A stretch of 64,000 nucleotides of DNA, taken from the NCBI GenBank assembly GCA_003971905.1, contig RSEE01000067.1, positions 62,001-126,000 of the forward strand, written 5' to 3'. The notes under the pieces are model-generated. The model made no database searches. It saw nothing but the letters and a program-made list of their open reading frames with translations, and was not told where the DNA came from. This document shows positions 1 through 12,557 of the stretch, piece by piece. The first letter of the stretch is position 1. Each line of letters begins with the position of its first letter. Source of the stretch: Moniliella sp. 'wahieum'. Taxonomy: Eukaryota. The position numbers and the translations under genes were made by a program.

Positions 1-1719
1 GTGGGAGCCAAAGATCTGTTGCAGCCTCTGGTTAACAGTGCCCTGGCCTACTTCTCCCTTTTCCGTCTGGTCCGCAGCCTCGCTGAGGGTAAACGAGAAG
101 CCTTCGTCGCTGTGGTGCCGGTACAGGTAGCGGGTGTGGCCCATGTCGATCATCCAAACCGCCACGCTGACAATCGTCACGGCGCCCACCATGATGAGCC
201 AGATGGCTGTCGTGGTGCCAAACACGTCCACGGCTCGCAGGCCCAGCATGTGGGCATAGCTTTCCATCCCATGCAAGGAACCGTTGAGGTTGAGGAGCGT
301 GTTGGGCGTCTGTGTGTCGAGGTAGAGCGGACTGGAGGTGTTGGAGGTCATTTGGGTGGCAAAGTCTGGCGAGCCGGCCGAGGTAGCAGGAAGAAAGGCA
401 TTGCTACTTGTTACCTGCAACCGGTCCACTCCACTCGGCTGCACGAGTGTCACGTTGCCCAAGAGCGAGGCCCACGCCGTCTGGCGAAAGTAAGGGTACA
501 CAAACTCGGGCCACCGCACCGCCATCATGCCCAAAACACTGACAAACTGCAGATAGAGCAATACGTCGGCAAAGCCCGGGGTCACAAAGCGCAGCAGAGC
601 AGGACTCTGGATCACCGAATCGCCGCCCAACCCACCTGTCATGGTCGGGCCCACCTTGTCCTTCCAAAGTTGGGCTCTCCCCCGGGCCGGGCCTTGTGTT
701 TGAAGGCGAGGGTACGGAGCGTGATCGACGTGGCTGCTCGCGAGACGGCGGCCAAGACAAAGTAGGCAATCACCAGCGCAGCGGGCAGCCAGAGGAACAA
801 ATCCCAGTACCACCCATGCTTCGTATAGGGTGACACGGCCACGTTGATGCAGCTGATCGTCCGGGCCGGCGTGGAAGAATCGCTGATGCGGATGCGCGTT
901 TGGAGCGAGCCGAGGACGTACTCGTGCTCCAGCGGCACCGACACACCAAAAGCGACTTGGCCCGGTCCGTAGCTGCACGACTTGTACTGCCCGGCCAAAG
1001 GGTGGCCATTGTCGGGACCAACAGGCCAGAGGCGGTCACATACACTCTCCAGTTTGTCGGCCACAGGGAAAGTGAGAAAGGTGGAGTCCGTCTCTACCGA
1101 ACCTGTGTGTGTGTGGGGAGGTCAGCGGGATGCTCCCTTGAGGAGAAGCGGGAGCGGTACGCACTAACGAGGTGGGAACCGTTCTTGACTGCATTCGTCA
1201 AGGCATTCACGGCGCCAAGGGCAACAATCTTGAGTTCCCCGCGGGCGGGAGAACCAGGGGTATGGTTGGAAGGGTTGATGTGGGCAAAGACGGCAGAGAC
1301 GTTGATGCGTGCGTCGGGGGCTACGTTCTGGCTGGCTTGGAGGTCGCATGCGGAAAAGGAGATGTCGGTGGTGTGTCGGTTGTGGCGTCCGCCGGCAACG
1401 GTGCGGTTGCCATCGGTCGAGTAGGGCGCTTTGAACAGCCACGGCTCGCTCTGGTTGGTGAAGGAGAGGGTGGGGATATGGGGTGTGGCGTCGGCGCCGG
1501 AGCCGAGGGGGCGGAGGCGTGGCCGATGGTGGTGTTGCTGCCTTGCAAGCCGCCGTTCTGCTGGCGGGGGAGGAGGGGCGGGGGGGGCTGGGTAAGCGTG
1601 CCTGCTGCGCAGAGGCACACAGCGCCCCAAAACGCACCAACAGCAGCAAGCGCAACATGCGCCCGGCAACGCCGACGACGCCGACGGCTGCTGGTTAGGA
1701 CGGCGGACGCAGGGGCCAT
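1..1719 (-). CDS. FLC/TRP-like (flavin carrier / TRP_N-type) multi-pass membrane protein; C-terminal part runs off the window start; frameshifted
   Basis: Stitched minus-strand frames give an N-terminal hydrophobic segment (VALAAVGAFWGAVCLCAA), then a Cys-containing luminal domain (CSYGPGQVAFGVSVPL..GSLQTRIRISD..ISCINVAVSP), then a TM (WDLFLWLPAALVIAYFVLA), then PGFADVLLYLQFVSVLG, typical of fungal FLC/TRP-like proteins. Confidence 0.65.
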
Positions 1720-2704
1720 GGCGGCGAGGCCAGGCGGAAGGCGCGCGGGGGAGGGCGTCTGCGAGAGAAGCGGAGGTGCGGAGGGGAGGGCAGCTGGGCC
1801 AGGAGGCAGTGCCTCGCAGTGCACCACACGCCTCATTAAAATTGCGGCAATTGAGCTCGCCCGGCACAACCGCACCCCGCCTGGCCCCTCCCCAGCAGGC
1901 GGTGCAAGCGGCAGGAGACAGCAGCAGCGCAGCCCGAGCACTCGGCAAGTGTGCGCCCACCGTGTGCCCCCGTGCCTGGGCCGCGTTCTCTGCCCTGCCT
2001 GCGGCCTCGCGCCTGCGGCCGTTCAAGGCCGTGGCGGTCGTCAATCACTTCAATCCCTCGCCTGTCGGATACGCACTTCCGACGACTGGGTGTGCCCCCC
2101 GGAGCCAGTGTGGGATCGCCTGGTCACGGGCACCACAACGCCCATCTTTCTGCGCTTAGGCTGAACCTTCAGCTGAACAAGCAGTGCCAGCCCTTGGGAC
2201 GGCAGTCCGCCGCTCAAGGCTGCGCGACACCCCGACCGCCATCCTATTTGGATTTCGAAAGCGCATACACTGCTGTGGCTGTAAGATGGACGTGTCTTCT
2301 CTCCCCGCTATCCAAGTTGGCTGCGACAAAGAGCCCGGATCCAGATCAGGAAGGACAGACAGGTCTCGACGCCCACAACACTTCTGTCTCTGCATAGCAT
2401 ACCACCACCAAATTCAAGCCCCGCCAGAAGACAAGCCAGACAAGTGGCATCGCGTCATCCATCATCGGGGGACCAACCCACTGTGTGGGATGTTGCCGCG
2501 GGGAGACGGGGAGGAATGTGGCGTTTGGATGCATCCTGAATACGGGGGGGGCATTCGATGGGCCGCCATGGCGGAGGAAGGTAGGCGAGATGGAAGATCC
2601 TGCGTTTGGTCTGTGGCCTTCTTCCTGTTCTCGGCACACGGAGGTCACGGGATGCGGCGAGCGCAGGCCGGGCGGAAACATATGTCTGGCTACGCACGAA
2701 CAGC

Positions 2705-2835
2705 TGACGTCATGGAGCGGCGGAAATGGCACGTGACGCGTGGGCGTTAGGCCGACGGCGGAGGAGCAGCCAGCGGATGTGGTCAGCATGCCGCCACGCA
2801 TGACGTGTGGCAGGAGCCCCCCCCGCATATATAAA
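2705..2835 (+). promoter_or_regulatory. Putative aldo-keto reductase promoter: CRE-like TGACGTCA (2705-2712) and TATATAAA (2828-2835)
   Basis: Exact motifs seen 190-320 nt upstream of the ATG at 3023. Confidence 0.4.
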
Positions 2836-3022
2836 TGGCGTGCTCGCTCCAGCCCACGCCGGCAGCGCTGGTGCTGGCCTGCCCAACCTCTCCAGCCCTT
2901 CCTCCGCCCATTTCCTGGCCCCCGGCAGGCAGGCCAGCGTTGGTGGTGGGCTCGCATCCCGTCTTCACACCGCCTGCAGCGCACTGCTCACCCCCACCTC
3001 CCCCGCCCTCCCTTCTGCTCCC

Positions 3023-4195
3023 ATGGCCGTGTCTGCCCCCGCTGCCTCCGCCCCTCCGCCCGCCCGGCTGGAGATGCCGCGGCTGCTGTATGGCACCGCA
3101 TGGAAGGGCCCCCGCACCGCCCCCTGGTCGCCACCACCATCCAGGCTGGCTTCCGCGGCGTGGACACTGCCGCCCAGCCACGCCACTACGACGAGGCTGC
3201 TGTCGGGCGCGGTCTGGGGCAGGGCATGCGCGCCAGCCAACTGACGCGCCAGCAGGTTTGGATCCAAACCAAGTTTACCCCCTGGGACGGGCAGCATGCG
3301 TCGGACCCCGTAGTGGCTCAGCAGGGCGGCGTGCCGTACAACCCCGATGCGGCGCCTGCGGTGCAGGTACGCCAGTCGGTCGCCCGCTCGCTTCTTCACC
3401 TGTGTGCGCCGCTGCCCGGTGCGACGGCGTGGGAACCGGCGAGCAAGGGTAAAGCGCGTGCCGATGCCTCTTCTCCGCCACTGGAAGACCCGGACCCTGT
3501 GGCCTGCCTCCCAGCAGACTGGTACCTTGATTCGCTCCTGCTCCATAGCCCGCTCCGCACCCTGCACGACACCCGGCCGCCCTGGGCCGCGATGGAGGAG
3601 CTGGTTGTGCGGGGCGAGTAAGGCAAGTGGGCATAAGCAATGTGTACGACCCGCGCATCTGGGCCCTGCTGCGCACCCCGAGCGTCAGCGCGCGTGTGCG
3701 ACCTACGATTTTGCAAAACCGATGGCACCCCAGCACTGGCCACGACGTGTCCCTTCTCCCCTCGCTCTCGCCCACCTTGAGCCCGAACGATTTCCCTCTG
3801 TCTGCTGCGCATGGCAGCCCTCCTGCCGACGGGCAGGACCGACCCGCCGACGCGGATGGCGTGCACTACCAGCCCTTTTGGCTCTTGACGGGCAACCCCA
3901 ATCTGCTCGAGTCCACCCCCGTCTTGGCGTGTGCGGCGGAGCGCGGAATGACACCGGAACAGGTCGTCTACCGCTTTGCCGCCCAGGGATTCGGCCTGCC
4001 AGGACTCCGCGTTACCGTTCTCTGTGGCGCTACCGATCCGTCCATGTGGCCCAGGCAGTGGATGCCGTGACGGGTCCCCCACCAGCATTGGACGGCACCC
4101 CTTTGTTGGGCCTCGAGGGCGCCCAGCGCCATGCTCACCCCGACCTCGATGAGGATACGATGGAGGCAATCCGGCGAGAAGTATATGGCCTGTGA
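3023..4195 (+). CDS. Aldo/keto reductase family protein (frameshifted)
   Basis: MPRLLYGTAWK, GFRGVDTA, WIQTKFTP, YLDSLLLHSP, AMEELV..G.V..GISN and ILQNRW motifs across successive frames. Confidence 0.85.
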
Positions 4196-4598
4196 GTCGG
4201 ACCACTCCCCCTCTCCTCCCTCTCCTTTCCTCCCCTCCCCTCTCCCCTCTCCTCCCCGGGTCACCAGGCGGTTACGGGTTCATGTATGAAGAGTGTCCTA
4301 CGCATATGGTTGGGTGGATGTATTAGAACAAGCATCAACGGTTCTTTGCCCACCTCGCCTGAGCCACGCTGTGGCAGGCCGGGCACGGCAAAGCCCCCAC
4401 CGCCTAGGCCCAAGCCAGTGCCTAGGCCGCTGTGCAAGGTGAGGATGGAAGGAAAATGCAAAGTGCAAGTGTGCGCAGAAAGGGTGGGGGAGAGAGAACG
4501 TGGAGTAGTACGTACGCTGCCGCCGAAGAGGCAAGCTTGACGGGGCAGACAGGCGCGGGAACGCCAAGGCGAAGGCAGGCCTAGCTGGGGGGGAGGGG

Positions 4599-5777
4599 TT
4601 AGTGAGACGAGTGGTGATCCGCCTCGACCTGCTGTGCCTGGTTGGTATGAAGCATGCGAAAATGTTGCATCATTAGCTCGTATCTGTCGCAGCACGCACA
4701 ACGGTCAGCTCGATCGCGCAAGGAAAACAGAAAATGAGAAACGTCGCTCGACGTACGTCAAAATTGTCACTGCCGAGTTGGGCAGAGTACGGAAGAGATT
4801 GATCCCCATGCCCTTGTAAAAGCCGTGGTAACCATCCCGCGTCCAAATCTGCTTGATCATGTCCACCAACCCTATCCTTTGGGCTAGGGGGGAGGAGCGG
4901 GCGGCCGGGGGGGGAGGAGGGCGGGAGGAGGCGGGGAAGCGATTGGTCTGCATCTGCAGACGAGTGCGAAGAACTTCATGAGGGTAAGTAAGGCAGGACG
5001 CCACCATTTTGCTTACCGTAGAGCACGACAAGATCTCAGATGGCTTCAGCGTCTCGTCGGGGCCGCGACCGAGGTACTGATGCAGCGTTTGCTTGAGATT
5101 GTCGTACAAAGGGAACTGGACCGCCACATGGCTCACCCCCATCAACGAGGGTACCAGTCCCTTGTAAAACGCACCGACGCCTTCCTCGCGAAAGATCCGA
5201 ACAAAGGTATCAAACGTATTGCGGTACGGGACGATCCCATCGGGCCGGCGCAGCGCCTGGAGCATAAATCGGGTTTTGACCACCCACATGGGCGACGTGA
5301 CCACCGTGCTGGCCGCACCGGCCAGCATGGCCGACAGGATATGACCGCCGACTTGCATGTCGATGCCAACCTTGGAGCTAATCAGTCGTTGCTTGGCCTC
5401 GTCGTAGACGGTAAAGTAGATGGCCCAGGTGGGAAGATAGCCCAAGACAGTAGGGCCTAGGCCATGGTAAAAGCCGCGCACCCCATCCTGCGCCCAGATT
5501 TGGGTCACGATCCCACGCACCGTGCTGGGTGGGAGCCGAGTGCGGCAGCAGCCTGCGCCACTGCGCCTGGTGGCACAAGGTGCTGGCGAAGGCCACCGCC
5601 GATCCCGCCGCCAACGCCGCCGGCCTGGCCGCGGAAGCCCTGAGTGAGCGCCGAGCCGGGGGAAAAGGCGCCCTGGGCCTGGAGCTGGGTCTTGACAACG
5701 TCGAGCGGGCACGTGAGCACCGCCGACGCAATCCCCGCGCATGCGCCCGAAATGGCCGAGTCCTGGAGGAGTTGCAT
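4599..5777 (-). CDS. NDT1: Mitochondrial carrier, NAD+ transporter-like (Ndt1/Yia6 family); one intron near 4685-4752; frameshifted
   Basis: Three PX[DE]XX[KR] type repeats (CPLDVVKTQLQ, SPMWVVKTRFM, YPHEVLRTRLQ); GLGPTVLGYLPTWAIYFTVYD matches the Ndt1/Yia6 family. Confidence 0.8.
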
Positions 5778-6399
5778 CCAGAACGGCGGAAGCGGTACGC
5801 GGGGAAGCCAGCCGGCGATGGTGGCAGCGGCACGAGGGGGGTGGGTTGCGTTGCGTGCGAGCGACGAGAGCAGCCGCTGTGTCGGTTCTCGGCCAGCACA
5901 CGTGACTGGGTTCAAGCCTCACGTTGAGGCTCCAATCTTCAATCTTGAAGCTTCAAGCCGCAAGATAGCCAGCACATCTCTACATTTCAGCCCTGCCCCG
6001 TTTCACGTTTCGACGTTTCACGCGTCACGTGAAATGGCAAACGGGTTACCACCGGTCGGGCGCAGCCGCCCTTACGTCCCCGATGGAGGGTGTATGGTCG
6101 ATGATGCATGATGCATGGTTCAAAGTTGAAACCTGCAATTGCGTCCAGCTCTTCTTCCCCTCAGGCCCTTATAGGCCTCAGGTTAAGAGACCTTACCGTC
6201 CCTGGTCAACCTCGACTCCGATCGTTTGTCCTTTAGACCGCAGTACACCGCACGCGACGATTGCCATCTCCACTGCCATCGTGATGTCAAGTGGGATGGT
6301 GCTTGGAGACGGAGCTATGGTCTTCACATGCAACCAAAGCAAAGGTACCTTTTCATTCCTCAGAGTTTCTGTATGTGTGCAATGTGCACACAGGGGGAT

Positions 6400-6812
6400 A
6401 CCCGTTGCGGACGACGGGGAGGACGTGCTTAAAGTCGCTCCAGACAATCAATAGCTTACCGCCAAAGAGCTTTTGGCGCAGCTCGTGAGATGGGGAAATA
6501 CCACGCGAGCATGCGGTCGACAGCCTCATCCTGATAGCAGTGGACCGTAACTCCCTCTTCGTCTCAAACGATGATATGTACCTGGTTGAGCTTGTCCACG
6601 AGCTTGATGCCGCGTTTGACAGAGCAAGAACAGGTACTGAAGCAATTGAGAGATTTAAAAAGAAGAGTAGGCACAGTGGCACCGCATTCCAGTGGAAGGA
6701 CAGTGATGTCATTGAGGCCCTGTGTACACCGGAAGTGGACAAGGTGGGCATTGTAGTGAAGAGATCTGCCCGTTCCAGCCAGCCCCTTGATCAAGACGAT
6801 GGGCATGAGTGA
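6400..6812 (+). pseudogene. Orphan ORF relic or hypothetical protein
   Basis: Protein-like stretch ..AVDRNSLFVSNDDMYLVELVHELDAAFDRAR..QDDGHE*, preceded by an in-frame stop and a frameshift; no family recognised. Confidence 0.25.
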
Positions 6813-7678
6813 TCGCTGCTGCAAGCCAATACACTGCTTCGGCTGCTTCTAATCCACACGGAGAGAGGACCGTCCATTTCACGTCGATAGTACGAAGGAG
6901 GAGGTACTGCATCGTAGACAGGGTCATTTTCTTGCGCACGGTGAGGACCTGTTCAATCCGAAGGCAACAGCGAAGCCCGAATGAGAGGCGATCCCACACC
7001 TCTCATCGGGATGCGCCAGTTTCTTAGGACGGAGGGGGAAAACCAACCATCTTGCACATGTGTTGGCCAGAAAACCATATATAGCACACAAGGTCTTCTT
7101 GTCTTGTGTCGCCCCATCAAAAGTGTGGCAAATTTTCTCATCGTGATCCCAACCACAAAGAATCGGTCGTGTTCTGTGTTGGTCGTCCGGCATAGACTGC
7201 GTTTTACGGGGCGCTCCGGTTATCTCCGGACTCTGAGCCCCGCATGTCGTAGACATCTCAAATCTCAGCCCAACACGCGTCAGTCCTGTTAGACTAGCGG
7301 GAGAGAGCCACAGTCGATACCTTATCCATCATGTACGCAGCGTCAGCGCTTTGAGAGAACGGGCTGTGTACTAATTACACGTAGTCTTCACCTCTCTCTG
7401 GAAAGTGCCCCGGATTCTGTCTATACCTGTCACAAGTCATGGGGCACTTGAGGCCTGGTTCCTTCTGTTGGATATAAGCACCCACATGTCTGAGGTTTGC
7501 TAGCTGTGGTCCTTGTCGACCACCCTGTCTTTGACTCCCCGACTACCCTCCGTTCCTCTCTCGCCCTTCCACCTTCTACCACCCTTACCCTTACGGATTT
7601 ACGACTTATTAGGTCGAGGACGCTGCAAGCCGCGGTTACTCTCATCAGTAGCGCTTGCTCTTCTTTACGTCTCCTGTC

Positions 7679-8503
7679 TGTTACGGGCCGCGTCGGATCC
7701 AAGATGGTCTGATCCAAGCTAAGGCCCGCCTGCTCTGCACCAGACCAGTGGAGCGCGCCCCCAAGCCCAACCAAGTCTGTCGATGGTTGGTTGTACCCTG
7801 TGCGGTGGCACAAGTTGCCATGCGCGCGCGCGACGGTAGTCGCCTCCTGCCCAAGTCCAAGTCGGTGGTCGAAACGAGACCACCAAGTATTCAGTATCTT
7901 TGCGACGTCAGTCGCCCCGTCACCACTTATTTTCCTTTCTCGATCGCGCCTGCGGCGATCAACCCCTCTTTTGACGTGCCTTTCTTTCTACACCCCTTTT
8001 TGTGTCTGTTTCCCCTTTTCTCGATTAAGCCTGTACCCCGGTTGGTGGGGGATCTTTTCCTCCACCCTCCATTTCGTCCCTTTCCCGCCTATCCTGTCCG
8101 ACCCCTGCCCGTTCCCAGCCAATTTATCCAGTACAGGCAGCTTCTCTTGTTAGCGTCCGACTTCTCCTCCGACCTCGTCCTCCAGCCCTTCGTCAGTCCA
8201 ATCGCGCGAGCCCTCCTTTGGTCGCGGCGATTTTCCCCGTCTCAGTTAAGGCAGTGTTTGTCCGCCTCTGCCTCCTCCCGTCCCTAAGTCCCGGAGGCTT
8301 CAGACACGTTACTACGGCCCAAGCCGGTGTAGACGCAGCCTTGCCACACCTGCAGCCGCCCCCCAAAGGCCTCTCCTTGTCCCTAGCTCCGCTCGGACAC
8401 ACCAACCAGCCCAAGCCCTAAACTACCGTGATCGACCTTCCGTCTCCTAAGGGATTGTACCCCAAGAACCTGGTGAGCCCCCTGGCGGGGCCCGCCCGTG
8501 ACA
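7679..8503. mobile_element. Solo-LTR-like insertion (825 bp), probably LTR-retrotransposon derived
   Basis: Ends TGTTACGGGC ... GCCCGTGACA (9/10 inverted match, TG..CA); 5-bp TSD CTGTC at 7674-7678 and 8504-8508; the homologous copy near 50700-50710 lacks it. Confidence 0.8.
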
Positions 8504-8538
8504 CTGTCTGTTCCCGCCTAATACTACAGCATACCGAG

Positions 8539-8571
8539 TGTTACATCTCGGGTCCGCCGCCGCCCGTAACA
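8539..8571. mobile_element. 33-bp mini element or internally deleted LTR remnant
   Basis: TGTTACATCTCGGGTCCGCCGCCGCCCGTAACA flanked by TSD CCGAG (8534-8538, 8572-8576); right end GCCCGTAACA is the exact reverse complement of the left end of the 825-bp element; absent from the homologous copy near 50675. Confidence 0.7.
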
Positions 8572-9889
8572 CCGAGTGTAGTAACGCTGCGAGGAACAGA
8601 GTAACTTCGGAGCTCCTGGACCCCTTCAACTGGTCTAACCACCTACGTACGCGGCTCCTACCTCAGAGGGTCTGAGCTTGCGGCCTTTGTACGCAGGCAG
8701 CCGCCCAAACTAGAGGGTCTCTCCCTCACCTTTACACCCGCTCGGTTCAACCAGGATTTGAAGCAGCACCTAACGTATACGAGACACCGATTGGCCTGTT
8801 GTCCAATGGTTTATACCCCTAAACTACAGGGGGGGGTCATCGATGTCGGGACCCGCCCCCATGCCAGACTGGGCGGAAGGGCTAACATTAAAGAGATGAG
8901 AGAGGCCCCACCCTTCGCAGGAAAAGGATATGGTGATCGATGTGGGCGTCAGAGGCGGTGGCGTGCCAGGACCTGAATGTGCATAGGTGGTGTGGTAGAT
9001 CCACAGACTCACAGTTCGGCGTATCTGAGAGTGCGGGACCATGACGGAATCGGTACTTCTCTCCCTCCCTGTCAGCCTGTTGGCGCAGTTGCTTAACTTC
9101 GGCTTTGTTCGGCTTGTGCAAAGCAAAACAGGCTCAGGACAGGTTGGAGATAGCTACCGGTGTGCGTGGCGTGGCGCAAGGTTCAAGGTGCCAAGCATGA
9201 TCATGTCGATCAGGGACCCAACGTGCATACTCCGCCTGGTTCCAAAGCGGAGCGGCGAATGCCAAACGTTTGCTGGGGTTCGCTCCAGGTGTGGTCGTCG
9301 GCCGAGTGGCTCGTCGCGGCGTTGCGGCGGCGGTTGCGCCCAGACAGGTGCCGTGCCTTGAGCACAGCCGCGCACTCCTCGCAGCTGCACAGCTGCATCA
9401 TGCACATCATGCACATCATGTATCATACATCATGCATCACATGCGGCCAGCCCAGTGTCCGGCCGCGTCCAGCACGGGGCAGTGCAGCTGGCAGCACACG
9501 GCAGAATGCTCGTGGCTCCAGGCCAGTGCGTGGCTGGGGGCGGCCTGCTCCGACGCGACACGGACGCTGTGCTGCCCCTTCCAGCCTTGCCACGCAGCCC
9601 CGGATCTCCGATGGCATCATCACCCAGCACGGCGCCAGCCTCGCTGGGCTTGCTCCACCTCGGTCGCCGGCCGAGCAGGATCATCCGATCAGCGATCAAC
9701 GATCACCGAACAGTGACCCAAGGACCAACCAATGCAACACGCGTCGCTTCTGCGGCCGCAGTCCAAAGTAGTCGTCAACGTCGAGCGACATGCCATTTAA
9801 CATTTAATCCCCACCACCACCACCACCACCAGCTGCCCCCAGCAACCCCCCCCCCCCGCTCCAGCCTCCGCCAGCGTATCGACGACACC

Positions 9890-12063
<2,174 letters not shown>

Positions 12064-12557
12064 ACGCATCTGCTTCTACCGCCTCTCCGTGGCCCGCTTT
12101 CGACATGTTGCATACCCTTTTTATCCTGTCTTGACTCTTCTTCCCCCCCTCCCCCATCCCGTCCACAGGAGTATGTTCTGTCCGTCCGTACTATACTCTT
12201 GGCTACCAAAAAAGCTTCAATCAATCATAACCATCATATTTCCGGTCACTCGAGTTTCCCGCGTGGAGGGTCTTTGAACAGGCCTGCTTCGATACCGCTT
12301 CGTCCCAATGTCTGTAGAAGGGCGGGGTAAGGCGCGAGTGCTAGGATGTTCAGTGACTAGTGATGGATGGAGCCACCGAGCGGATAGCCTGGAGAGGGAG
12401 ACAACTCCTACGGCAGAGGAACAGGACTGCGTTTTTGAAACAATGCCCGCGCGCCTATTGCACCGATCAGCCTGCCTTTTTTTTTTTGGTGCCCGCCGAG
12501 CGAAGCTAGCTAACCCCGCCTTGTCTCCTCTGCTGTCCAACACCATCGGAACTCACC

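Larger units (their letters stand above)
7338..8863 (+). repeat. Dispersed diverged repeat or gene relic, copy 1 (interrupted by two TG..CA insertions)
   Basis: Aligns by eye to the reverse complement of 50391-50911, including an exact 21-mer GGCACTTGAGGCCTGGTTCCT (7443-7463 vs 50807-50827) and long gapped similarity of 8575-8863 vs 50391-50680. Confidence 0.85.
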
